A stretch of DNA of 64,000 nucleotides. Source: a virus (taxonomy: Duplodnaviria > Caudoviricetes). Positions 1-8,983 of this stretch are shown piece by piece. The stretch's first letter is position 1, and every line of letters starts with the position of its first letter. Location: positions 1 to 64,000 of IMG/VR virus record IMGVR_UViG_3300032312_002037. One strand, 5' to 3'. A program made the translations under genes and the position numbers. The notes under the pieces are model-generated. The model was not told the origin of the DNA. It saw only the letters and a list, made by a program, of their open reading frames with translations, and searched no databases.

Positions 1-20
1 CGTTATAAAACATAAAAATA

Positions 21-209
21 TTATTTAATTCCTTTCCATATTATAGGTACTAAAAATATATTCAAAATACCCAAAAACGACATCATTAGCCAACATCTTA
101 ATCTATAACTTTTTACATTTGTATCTACTATAAATATATTAAAATTTGAATATATTTTTATAATAGAAATTCCCACTAACATCCAAATAAATAATCCTAA
201 TATTACCAT
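21..209 (-). CDS. Small membrane protein, cassette-like ORF
   Basis: 62-aa ORF with two hydrophobic segments. It lies between inverted-repeat site A (226-316) and a TATAACG half-site at bases 1-7. Confidence 0.55.
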   Translation of the reverse strand: MVILGLFIWMLVGISIIKIYSNFNIFIVDTNVKSYRLRCWLMMSFLGILNIFLVPIIWKGIK

Positions 210-225
210 AATATTTTTACGATTT

Positions 226-316
226 TATAACAAGGTATATGTGAAATACCTCATAAAGTTTATACTAAATTATTAAGTTCTGTGGTAAGGTACTTCACAT
301 ATACCCAACCGTTATA
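226..316 (-). repeat. attC-like imperfect inverted repeat, site A
   Basis: Minus strand reads TATAAC-GGTT-GGGTATATGTGAAGTACCTTA ... TGAGGTATTTCACATATACCT-T-GTTATA. All 21 arm positions pair (3 G-T wobbles). The upstream ORF's TAA stop lies inside TATAAC. Confidence 0.85.
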
Positions 317-596
317 CAAAATTATTTTTTCCTCTTTTGTAATCACTCCATAAAACTAACCACATACTTAACAATAACCATATTGCACTTCCAATGAATG
401 TCCATTGAACAAAAGAGGAAATCGCAAAACCAAAATTTGAATAAGCGTGTGCGAATGCAACAATAGCACCTATAACGCATAACGTTAGTGGTGGTAATAA
501 AACTATTGCTCTAAATTTTGGTTTTTCTAAATAACTATGTATAACAGCAAGTATAGGTAATTTGCTATTCTCCGATTTAACATTTTCTGTATTCAT
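312..596 (-). CDS. Two-TM membrane protein, cassette-like ORF
   Basis: 94 aa with two hydrophobic helices. It starts in the loop of site B and ends in the TATAAC core of site A. Confidence 0.7.
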   Translation of the reverse strand: MNTENVKSENSKLPILAVIHSYLEKPKFRAIVLLPPLTLCVIGAIVAFAHAYSNFGFAISSFVQWTFIGSAIWLLLSMWLVLWSDYKRGKNNFV

Positions 597-667
597 AATA
601 TTTGTATTTTAATTAAAGTTTATACTAATTTTGATGAGCAAACTACCCATACTTGCGAACCGTTATA
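540..667 (-). repeat. attC-like imperfect inverted repeat, site B
   Basis: Minus strand reads TATAAC-GGTTC-GCAAGTATGGGTAGTTTGCT ... AGCAAATTACCTATACTTGC-T-GTTATA. All 20 arm positions pair (2 G-T wobbles). The loop shares TTAGTATAAACTTTA with site A. Confidence 0.85.
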
Positions 668-678
668 GTGAATTAAAA

Positions 679-966
679 TTATTCAAAGGTCTCTGCATAA
701 TAATTTCCATAACTAACATTATCAGTAAGCACTTGTTTTGTAAATTTATCAAACAAAATTAATTCATTTATATCAGATTTACATAAACAAACTTCATCAT
801 TTTCAAAAACTATTTCAGTCATATAAAAATCATCGTATTTATGCTTACCTCTATCAGAGGTAAATCTTACTTTTTTATTTGTATTAATTTTGTCTGAATA
901 ATTTTCACTCACTATAACATCGTGTATAGCACATTGCTTTTCGTTTTTCAAATTATCTTTATTCAT
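679..966 (-). CDS. Hypothetical protein, cassette-like ORF
   Basis: 95-aa ORF whose N-terminus (CAIHDVIVS) is encoded by the GTTATA arm of site C. Confidence 0.7.
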   Translation of the reverse strand: MNKDNLKNEKQCAIHDVIVSENYSDKINTNKKVRFTSDRGKHKYDDFYMTEIVFENDEVCLCKSDINELILFDKFTKQVLTDNVSYGNYYAETFE

Positions 967-1016
967 ATTTTTAAAATTTATCGTTTCAAATTAAGTTCTG
1001 TGTAAGCAACCGTTGT
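913..1016 (-). repeat. Degenerate or hybrid attC-like site C
   Basis: Minus strand reads CACAAC-GGTT ... CACAGAACTTAAT (shared with the site A loop) ... GTTATAG. The two arms no longer complement each other. Confidence 0.55.
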
Positions 1017-1033
1017 GTGTAAGTGTGGTTCTA

Positions 1034-1507
1034 TTACAGGTTGAATCTTATACATTGGTCTAAGATATATTTAGAGTGTTCTAATTGTAAGTGAGTTGCC
1101 AAACCAACAGTGATGTGGAAACCAAAGTAAGGATTAGGATCCAATCCAATAACACTTCTGATGTTTCTAGCATCATCACTATCAGCATTAATCCACCAGT
1201 GACCTTTATCATTAGCACGAATTAAAGAAGGATCGTATTTTACAACAATTTCTTTACCGTGAAATAGTTGACGAGCTTGAGCATATAATTCATCAGATTC
1301 AAATCTATCGTTGATGATAGTTAAGTGAGTTCCTCTTAAAGGTTTGTTTAACTTCAAGTTGAATCTTTTTTCTAAGAACCAAGAGTAGTAAGCCCAAAGG
1401 TCACAATCAAATCTAACCATAGCAGTTTTCTTCCAAGAAGCTTGTTTATTATGCTTTTTAGTGACGTTAACTGGGTCAAATTCTAATATGCCTTTAATTT
1501 CTAACAT
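1034..1507 (-). CDS. 2H phosphoesterase family protein
   Basis: Two HxT motifs (GTHLTII, GFHITVG). Start moved to Met6 because a TATCTTTG promoter box overlaps the track's first codons. Confidence 0.7.
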   Translation of the reverse strand: MLEIKGILEFDPVNVTKKHNKQASWKKTAMVRFDCDLWAYYSWFLEKRFNLKLNKPLRGTHLTIINDRFESDELYAQARQLFHGKEIVVKYDPSLIRANDKGHWWINADSDDARNIRSVIGLDPNPYFGFHITVGLATHLQLEHSKYILDQCIRFNL

Positions 1508-1556
1508 GTCACAAAGATACAAATAAAATTTTATATATACAATAAATAATAAAAAT

Positions 1557-1985
1557 ATGGTATTAACTACACTTATATTAACAAATCTAGTCTGGGTTGG
1601 TTACGCACTAACCGAAGGATTAAGAGAAGGTTTCTATTGGCACTATGAAAATAACAGCAGAAGAGTATGTGATTTTGATATAAATCCTATCTTTAACCTA
1701 CAAAGAGTTTTAGTTATGATAATAACGGGTGGCTTTATGGTACATACACTTGGTTGGTTTTCACTACTTTGTTTGGCTTGTATGTTCTTAATGTTTAATT
1801 TTTTTCACAACGGAACTTATTACTATACAAGAAACAAACTAGACGGAAGATCTTATCCAAAAGGATGGAAAGATGAATCTAAAACATTTCCAAGATTTAC
1901 ACCATTAACTACATATAAAAAAAGAACATTAGGTATGGCTATTGGCTTTTTAGCTCAAATATTTATATACCTATTTTTATTATAA
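1557..1985 (+). CDS. Multi-pass membrane protein
   Basis: 142 aa with several hydrophobic segments. Confidence 0.7.
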   Translation: MVLTTLILTNLVWVGYALTEGLREGFYWHYENNSRRVCDFDINPIFNLQRVLVMIITGGFMVHTLGWFSLLCLACMFLMFNFFHNGTYYYTRNKLDGRSYPKGWKDESKTFPRFTPLTTYKKRTLGMAIGFLAQIFIYLFLL

Positions 1986-2000
1986 AAATTAAATAAAATT

Positions 2001-2186
2001 ATGAAAGATTCAGAATTAATTAAAAATTCAAGTTTATCTCAAAAAGAAATAAACATGCTAAGAGAAAAGTTTTTACACGAATACTCTAAAGACAAAGGTT
2101 GGAATCCAAAAGAGCTATCAACTAATCAAATGTTAGAGATTGTATCTCAAAAACAATATAAAACGCCTGGTTTGATATTAGGATAA
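2001..2186 (+). CDS. Small hypothetical protein
   Basis: 61-aa ORF followed directly by a terminator. Confidence 0.65.
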   Translation: MKDSELIKNSSLSQKEINMLREKFLHEYSKDKGWNPKELSTNQMLEIVSQKQYKTPGLILG

Positions 2187-2216
2187 AAAAAAGAGAACTT
2201 AAAGTTCTCTTTTTTT
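2185..2216. terminator. Bidirectional intrinsic terminator
   Basis: A-tract, AAGAGAACTT/AAGTTCTCTT hairpin and T-tract between convergent genes. Confidence 0.8.
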
Positions 2217-2217
2217 A

Positions 2218-3306
2218 TTAGAATACTAAATCATTTATAGTAGTCAACTTTTCTTTAAGTTTGTTCAAAGGTACTGAACATAAATCAGATATCATTTCCA
2301 TAAGGTCTGTTCTTGAGCCAACAAAGTCATAACAACCTGTTCCATTCTGAACATAACACTTGTGTCCGTTCCAAGTCATATCATAATACTCACTATAACC
2401 ATTGTATATCAACCAGTTTCTTATTATTTCAGATTCTTTTTTTATCAAATCAGTAGCAATATACATTTTCTTTGTTTTACCATCAATTGAGAAGTATGAG
2501 TAATATTCTTCAGAATAACCTTCAACATCTAACTCTATATCATCTTCAAAATCATCATCATCATTTGAAAGGTCATAAGGATTTCTTTCAACTGGAAGTG
2601 TTTCCCAATCAATTAAACAAACCGCTTTACAAAGTCTTTGCAAGAAGTCAATATTTTGATATTCACTTGTTGTGTGCTCATGCATATAACCAACAGAAAT
2701 ATTAGTACACTCTGGTACAATATCCATAAATTGAGCAGAGTCTGTTAAAACACCAGTATCATCTGGTTCTAATTTTAACCTTTGACCGGTTCCATTTAAT
2801 CTAAAAGATAATTCATCAGCAAATTCATCTGAGCAACAACGACCATACCACTGGTGTGTAATAACAGAACAATCACTTCTTCTATCAAATGAAACAACTT
2901 TTGAAATGGTATAACTGAATTCACTATTTACCCAATTTTGGGCTAATTTTCCAGAACCAATACAACCAACTTCTTCACCAATGAAAAAGTAATAAAGACC
3001 AGGAACTTTATTCTCAATCATATTAAGAACAACTACCATACCGGCTTTATCATCAGCTCCTAAAATAGAAGAGCCATCAGTTTTGATTATATTTTGAGTT
3101 TGAACATGATTTACTTTTACTTGTTTAGAACAAGCTGTGTCTAAGTGACAAGTAAACATAGTTGTTGGACTTTCACCTATTAGATAATAGTAGTTACCAT
3201 AGGCATCTTTTTTATATCCAACTGGTAAATAGGATTGTAAAAATCCTTCAGTGCCATATGGATATGTGTATCGTGTAAGTTGTAGAAACTTTCTTCTTAT
3301 TCTCAT
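2218..3306 (-). CDS. M28/M20-family zinc metallopeptidase, copy 1
   Basis: Motifs CHLDT, GADDKAG, GEEVG, SFDRR, TDSA and NISVGYxxEH. Confidence 0.85.
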   Translation of the reverse strand: MRIRRKFLQLTRYTYPYGTEGFLQSYLPVGYKKDAYGNYYYLIGESPTTMFTCHLDTACSKQVKVNHVQTQNIIKTDGSSILGADDKAGMVVVLNMIENKVPGLYYFFIGEEVGCIGSGKLAQNWVNSEFSYTISKVVSFDRRSDCSVITHQWYGRCCSDEFADELSFRLNGTGQRLKLEPDDTGVLTDSAQFMDIVPECTNISVGYMHEHTTSEYQNIDFLQRLCKAVCLIDWETLPVERNPYDLSNDDDDFEDDIELDVEGYSEEYYSYFSIDGKTKKMYIATDLIKKESEIIRNWLIYNGYSEYYDMTWNGHKCYVQNGTGCYDFVGSRTDLMEMISDLCSVPLNKLKEKLTTINDLVF

Positions 3307-3332
3307 TAATGTATAATTATATGTGTATTTGA

Positions 3333-3364
3333 CAAATATACATAACTTATCAACAATTTACAAA
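3333..3364 (-). promoter_or_regulatory. Bacteroidota-type primary-sigma promoter (-33/-7)
   Basis: Minus strand TTTG-N20-TATATTTG upstream of the peptidase; matches the TTTG / TAnnTTTG consensus. Confidence 0.75.
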
Positions 3365-3895
3365 TTATTCAGCATTTTTATTGAAAATGTCATCAATTTT
3401 TTTATTACGAATGTAAGACTTTGATAAATTTTCTAAGTTAGAAGACCATCCTGATATTTTATCAGTGATTAAATACTCATTATGATAAATATCTCTTGAT
3501 CCAATTTTAACGTGATAATCAGTTACATCTTCTGAAGATTTATAATGGTACTCTTTGGCTAGTATAATATAATCAATGTTTAATTTATCAATAACTTGTT
3601 TATATTCTATTATTGAAGAAACACTTAAATGCCAAAAATCAAATACTAATAAATCAACTCTAAATAAATTACCTTTGTTATTTAATAGCTCGGTAAAATC
3701 TTCAATATTATTAAAATTTATTTTAGGCTCCATTAAATATTTTAAAGTAGTAGCCGTTGAATTTGAATTTTTTGGTTTACAAAATAAGACAGGATTTCTA
3801 CCCTCCATATCTAAGAAGTCAACTATTTTCTTAACAGCGTAAGAAACATCTGAAGGGTTACCGGTGATATAATTACACCTTTTTATTTCTATCAT
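3365..3895 (-). CDS. Hypothetical protein, possibly a degenerate P-loop/RecA-like fold
   Basis: 176 aa with a Walker-B-like DLLVFD but no Walker A. The C-terminus carries the RNKKIDDIF motif. Confidence 0.55.
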   Translation of the reverse strand: MIEIKRCNYITGNPSDVSYAVKKIVDFLDMEGRNPVLFCKPKNSNSTATTLKYLMEPKINFNNIEDFTELLNNKGNLFRVDLLVFDFWHLSVSSIIEYKQVIDKLNIDYIILAKEYHYKSSEDVTDYHVKIGSRDIYHNEYLITDKISGWSSNLENLSKSYIRNKKIDDIFNKNAE

Positions 3896-4274
3896 TTATA
3901 TTATTTTTTGTCACATCAACTAAATAGTTGAATTTATAAAGAAATCTTCTACCTATTAAAACAGGATATTTCATATTTTTTCTATCTGCTAAAGATACAT
4001 AAAATTTATATATTGAATCACCTATTATTATTTTAGTCAAAATTGAAAATCTTTTTTGAACTTCACCAAATGAATTTTTAACACTAATCATCTTAAACTT
4101 ATCATAAGAAAACTCGTCAGTGTCTATTGTAAAATATAAAATGCCTTTTTCATGTCTAATACCATCAACATGCAATGCAACGCCATAAGCACCGGTATCA
4201 ACTTTAGCTTTTATATCTCCTATTTTTAGTTCAGGAAAAGAAATATTTTCACTTCTTCCTACTTTTTTCTTCAT
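3873..4274 (-). CDS. RimK-associated retropepsin-like protease (ATP-dependent Zn protease family)
   Basis: Motifs AKVDTGA, LADRKNMKYPVLIGRRFL. Start reassigned to MKKKVGRSE. Confidence 0.8.
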   Translation of the reverse strand: MKKKVGRSENISFPELKIGDIKAKVDTGAYGVALHVDGIRHEKGILYFTIDTDEFSYDKFKMISVKNSFGEVQKRFSILTKIIIGDSIYKFYVSLADRKNMKYPVLIGRRFLYKFNYLVDVTKNNINDRNKKV

Positions 4275-4310
4275 TTTACAAAAAGAACATTTTTTTATAT
4301 ATAATTTTAT

Positions 4311-6467
4311 ATGATTCTTATTAATAAAGTCACACCATTTGCAAATGAAACATTTCAAAAAGATTTAATTGAATGTATTAAACACAATATAGACATTAGT
4401 TTTATAACAAATATAATAGTTTTTTATAACAACTCAAATATTATATTACCCAAAAATAGTAAAGTTAAATTAATAATTAAAAATGGTTATACTGATAAAG
4501 ACATAATTGAATATTGCAAATTAATTACAAATGAGGATATTTTTATATTTTCAAATCCATTTATAAAATTTAATAACTCTTTAATTAACTTAGAAAGACC
4601 TATAAATTCAGTTAATAAAATTGGAAATGATTGTTTTATTTTCAATAGAAATGAAAAAATAATAGGAAATACTATTGAAGAAATATTCAAAATAACCACG
4701 AACAATAATAAAATATCCGTGAATAGAAAACAAATTTGGACAGAAGAAATCAAAAAAATAGATACTAAATTAAATAATATAGTTTCTATAAAAAAACTAT
4801 CAAAAAGTCAAATTAAAGTAAATGTTATAATAGTTTCAGTTGATTATAATGACGTTTTACCAATAACACTTGAAAGTATACCAAGTTTATTTAATGTAAC
4901 TGTTGTCACATCACCTAATGATACTATTTGTCAAGAAATATGCAAAGGTTTTGAAGTAAATTGTATAGTTACTGAAAGAATGTATGAAGATAATGCCTTT
5001 TTCAATAAAGGAAAAGCTATAAATGAAGGTCTTAAATCTATTCAGAATCCAGATTGGATATTGCTATTAGATGCTGATATTTATTTACAATCTGACTTCA
5101 AAGATTTACTAAACTCAAATATGGATATTAACACTCTTATAACCTGCAAAAGGCTAATAATTAAAAATGGAGAAGATTTTATAAAATGGAAAAATGGCGA
5201 AGATGTTGGTAAAATGGAAAGGTCGAAAGGATATGGCTATTTTCAATTATTTAACGCAAATTGTCAATCAAATAAAAAATTCTTTTACTCTGAAGATTAT
5301 ACAGATGCAAGCTATAGTGATTTAGAATTCAGAGATAGATTTAAAATTAAAAAAGAGCTAAACACATATGTAATTCATTTAGGCGAAACAAATCAAAACT
5401 GGTCAGGAAGAATAACAGAAAAATTTATTAATAAAGAACTAAAATTACCACATGTTCTATCAAATGATATTTGCAGATTTGAAGGAATGGTTAAAAAAAA
5501 TATCAGAATCGTTTCAACTAAAGAATTTAATTTAAAAAACGGAGGCATTTACAATCCTGGTTTATTTTATATAAAAGATAAAAAATACATTATAACTAGA
5601 TGTGAAAAAAACTTTGATTCATATCTTGGAATATATGAAAATTATTGGAATAATCTAGTAAATCCAATGTACTTTCAAATAGATGATAATTTTAATATTT
5701 TAGACTTTGGAGTTTTTAAAATGAATAAATTTCCAATACTAATGAGATATGAAGATTTTAGAGTTTTTGAATATCAAGGAAAAATAATATCAAATCACAG
5801 TTTAATTAATCCAAACTACAATTACAAAGGTGAAGACTCATGGCCCAACATGAATATATGTACAAAACCTGGAGTTTTTATATCAGTAAATTTATCAGAA
5901 ATTGATATTGAAAATGAATCTATTATAAATAAAGGTTCAATAAAACTAGAAAGTAGTTACAACATAGAAAAAAATTGGTCTTTCTTCTCTGAAGATAATC
6001 ATTTGTTTTTTATTTACTCATTAGATCCATTTTTGATATATAAAAAAGTTAATGATGATTTTGTAAAGGTTATAGATAAAAAGTTTGATTACAAGTGGAA
6101 TGTTAATACATGTGGAATGAAGTATTGTATAAGTACAAATTTAAAAAGATTAAATGATGATTATTATATTTTACTATTTCATACAAAAGTCAACGGATAT
6201 AAGTATGTACAAGGTTGTATGTTATTAGATAACGATTTTATACCAGTATTTATGACTAAAAATCCTATTCTAGAGTCTGAAAAAATGATGGGTAAATATC
6301 CTAATGTTTTATATGCCTTTTCAGTTGATGTCAAAGATGATGAACTACATGTTTATTATGGAGAAGCCGACACAAATTGCAGCGTGGTAATAATTGATAA
6401 AGAGATTTTACTAGATAATTTAATAAACTCTAATAATTCTCATAAAATAAAAGAAGTTACTATATGA
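4311..6467 (+). CDS. Multidomain glycosyltransferase (GT2-like) fused to a GH130/GH43-like beta-propeller
   Basis: Central FNKGKAINEG..WILLLDADI (DXD). C-terminal YNPGL, EDFRVF, EKNWSFF, VYYGEADT propeller motifs. Confidence 0.7.
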   Translation: MILINKVTPFANETFQKDLIECIKHNIDISFITNIIVFYNNSNIILPKNSKVKLIIKNGYTDKDIIEYCKLITNEDIFIFSNPFIKFNNSLINLERPINSVNKIGNDCFIFNRNEKIIGNTIEEIFKITTNNNKISVNRKQIWTEEIKKIDTKLNNIVSIKKLSKSQIKVNVIIVSVDYNDVLPITLESIPSLFNVTVVTSPNDTICQEICKGFEVNCIVTERMYEDNAFFNKGKAINEGLKSIQNPDWILLLDADIYLQSDFKDLLNSNMDINTLITCKRLIIKNGEDFIKWKNGEDVGKMERSKGYGYFQLFNANCQSNKKFFYSEDYTDASYSDLEFRDRFKIKKELNTYVIHLGETNQNWSGRITEKFINKELKLPHVLSNDICRFEGMVKKNIRIVSTKEFNLKNGGIYNPGLFYIKDKKYIITRCEKNFDSYLGIYENYWNNLVNPMYFQIDDNFNILDFGVFKMNKFPILMRYEDFRVFEYQGKIISNHSLINPNYNYKGEDSWPNMNICTKPGVFISVNLSEIDIENESIINKGSIKLESSYNIEKNWSFFSEDNHLFFIYSLDPFLIYKKVNDDFVKVIDKKFDYKWNVNTCGMKYCISTNLKRLNDDYYILLFHTKVNGYKYVQGCMLLDNDFIPVFMTKNPILESEKMMGKYPNVLYAFSVDVKDDELHVYYGEADTNCSVVIIDKEILLDNLINSNNSHKIKEVTI

Positions 6468-7438
6468 AAATAAATATTATCGGGTGGTATGATAAAAATA
6501 ATTGCGGAGATGAGTCATTTAAGTATGTATTTAATGATATTTTTAAGAATAATGAAATTTTTTATACAACTCAAGAAATAATACCAGATTGTGATCATTA
6601 TATCTTAGGTGGAGGAGATGTAGTAAAAAACTTTTATCTTGAATCCATACCAAATGATAAAAAACTTATGTGTCTAGGAGTTGGACTAGGTTATGAGGTT
6701 GAGTCTTTATTATTAAAAGAAAAAAATATATCTAAAGTATATACAAGAAATAAAGAAGATGTTGAAATTTTCAAAAGTATAGATATTGAATCAAAATATA
6801 CACCAGATATTGTTTTTTATTTAGAAAAGCCAAATGAAATTAAAGAAAAACTAGAATCAGATTTGCCAAAAATTGGAATATTATTAACAGACAATGTAAA
6901 CCCAAGTGTAGTAAATAGAAATTCTAAAGAATTTAATTATAATGAGTTTTTTAAATGGGAATTGGCAGAATCACTTGAAACTTTATCAAAAAATTATAAA
7001 ATTTATTTTATAGCTTTATCAGAACATTATTACTCATATGATGAAAAGATGAATTTAGATATTCAAACAAGAATGGAAAACGGACACAAAACCACATTAC
7101 TAAAAGAAACCAAATGTCCTTTAAGAACTATGGATTTAATTCAACAAATGGATATAATAATAACGATGAAATATCATGGTATAATATTTTCAACTATATG
7201 TAATATACCATTTATAAACATTGGTTTAAGTAGGAAAACAAATAAATTTTGTGAAGAAAGTAATTTGACCGAGTTATCATTCACACCGAATACATTTAAC
7301 AAAAACGACTTATTAAAAAAGATAAAATATATAGAAGATAATACTGATGAAATAAAAATAAAATTATCAACTATAGACAAATCAAATAAAGAAGATATAA
7401 AAAATAATATAAAAGAATGGATAGAAGAAATCAAATAG
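6464..7438 (+). CDS. Polysaccharide pyruvyl transferase family protein
   Basis: Motifs GWYDKNNCGD, ILGGGD, GVGLG, TPDIVF, MKYHGIIFS. Confidence 0.8.
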   Translation: MKINIIGWYDKNNCGDESFKYVFNDIFKNNEIFYTTQEIIPDCDHYILGGGDVVKNFYLESIPNDKKLMCLGVGLGYEVESLLLKEKNISKVYTRNKEDVEIFKSIDIESKYTPDIVFYLEKPNEIKEKLESDLPKIGILLTDNVNPSVVNRNSKEFNYNEFFKWELAESLETLSKNYKIYFIALSEHYYSYDEKMNLDIQTRMENGHKTTLLKETKCPLRTMDLIQQMDIIITMKYHGIIFSTICNIPFINIGLSRKTNKFCEESNLTELSFTPNTFNKNDLLKKIKYIEDNTDEIKIKLSTIDKSNKEDIKNNIKEWIEEIK

Positions 7439-8196
7439 AAGAAATTTTTGAAAATGAATTATCAAGCAATAGTTATCTAAAAGGTCATCTACCTAGACTA
7501 ATTGAATCATATAATTTTATAAAAAAGTATCTTCAAGATGACCAATCAATAATTGATATAGGTAGCTATGGTCACTTTACAAAAATAGTTTCTAAGTTAC
7601 ATTCAATAAAATTTGAACTTTCAAATTTTGAACTAAGAGAAAATTTTCCAAGTATATCTAACTCATATGATTTTGTATTCTGTATGGAAGTAATAGAGCA
7701 TTTAAAGGATAGAGATTCTAATAATCTAGAATATATATCAAGTTTTAGATATTTGGGAATATTTAATCTACTATGTGAAATGAATAGAATATTAAAAGAA
7801 GGCGGATTATTATTCTTAACAACACCTAATATAAATACTTATCTAAGTATATTAAGAGTTTTAAATTATGAAAATCCATATTTCTTTACTCCACATCCTA
7901 GAGAGTTATCAATAAATGAGTTAAAAAGATTTCTTAAATCTACAGGTTTTGAAATATTAGAAATTGATACTAAAAATGTTTGGAACGACTACTCAATAGA
8001 AACTGAAAGGCACGCAGACTTTGTAAATAAAATATCCGACTTTTGTAATAAAAATGGATTCTCAGATAAATTAAGAGGAGATGATATATTTATTATAGCT
8101 AAAAAAGTTAAAAGTCCAGAATTTAATTTATATAAAAATGAATATTTTGAAGTAACATTAGATGACATATACACTAAACAAATAAATTCTATTTAA
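7417..8196 (+). CDS. Class I SAM-dependent methyltransferase
   Basis: Motifs IIDIGSYG, YDFVFCMEVIEHL, LKEGGLLFLTTPN. Confidence 0.8.
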   Translation: MDRRNQIEEIFENELSSNSYLKGHLPRLIESYNFIKKYLQDDQSIIDIGSYGHFTKIVSKLHSIKFELSNFELRENFPSISNSYDFVFCMEVIEHLKDRDSNNLEYISSFRYLGIFNLLCEMNRILKEGGLLFLTTPNINTYLSILRVLNYENPYFFTPHPRELSINELKRFLKSTGFEILEIDTKNVWNDYSIETERHADFVNKISDFCNKNGFSDKLRGDDIFIIAKKVKSPEFNLYKNEYFEVTLDDIYTKQINSI

Positions 8197-8221
8197 TATA
8201 AATAAAAAATAATATTCATTA

Positions 8222-8983
8222 ATGTCAAATTATTCATTTACCTATATCATAGCATATAAACACAGTGCAGATAGATTACAAAATTTAAGAAGAGTTCTTG
8301 ATTGGATTAACGGTTTTGGAAATGTAGAAGTTATTATCGTAGAACAAGATAAACACTCTAAAATAAATCATCTAAATCTTAGAGCAAAGCATATCTTCAC
8401 AAGATGTGACTTACCTTTTAACAAGTCTCATGCTTTTAATGTTGGTATAAAAAACTCAAAATCTAATTTAATAGTATTTGGTGATTCTGACTTAATAATG
8501 GATCCTAATCAATTTATTACTGCTTTGAACTCTATGAGTCAGTATGAAATGGTCAATCCTTATAACACGGTAATTGACTTAAATCAACAAGAATCAACTT
8601 TACCATTTGAACAAATGATACAAATTAATAGACCTGGTAGAGGCGAAACAGATATTCAAAAAGTTCCTCTTTGTGGTGGTATATGTTTATTTAGAAAAGA
8701 AGCAATTATGAGAATTGCTGGTTGGAATGAAGATTTTATTGGATGGGGCGGTGAAGATGACTTTCAATCAATAAAAGTTAAACAACTATTAAACTATACT
8801 GAGTTACAAGCTAAGTGTTACCACCTTTATCACGAAAGAGTTCAACCTGATATGAAATGGTATCAAAGAAATCTACAAATTCTTAATAAGACAGCCAATA
8901 TGGATAAGTCTCAATTACAAAAGGTTATTCTTAACCAATTGCCAAAAATTGGAATGAAGAATAAGTATGACAATTTCGTCTAA
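8222..8983 (+). CDS. Glycosyltransferase (GT2/GT7 galactosyltransferase-like)
   Basis: Motifs FNKSHAFNVG, FGDSD, GWNEDFIGWGGEDDF, YHLYH. Confidence 0.85.
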   Translation: MSNYSFTYIIAYKHSADRLQNLRRVLDWINGFGNVEVIIVEQDKHSKINHLNLRAKHIFTRCDLPFNKSHAFNVGIKNSKSNLIVFGDSDLIMDPNQFITALNSMSQYEMVNPYNTVIDLNQQESTLPFEQMIQINRPGRGETDIQKVPLCGGICLFRKEAIMRIAGWNEDFIGWGGEDDFQSIKVKQLLNYTELQAKCYHLYHERVQPDMKWYQRNLQILNKTANMDKSQLQKVILNQLPKIGMKNKYDNFV

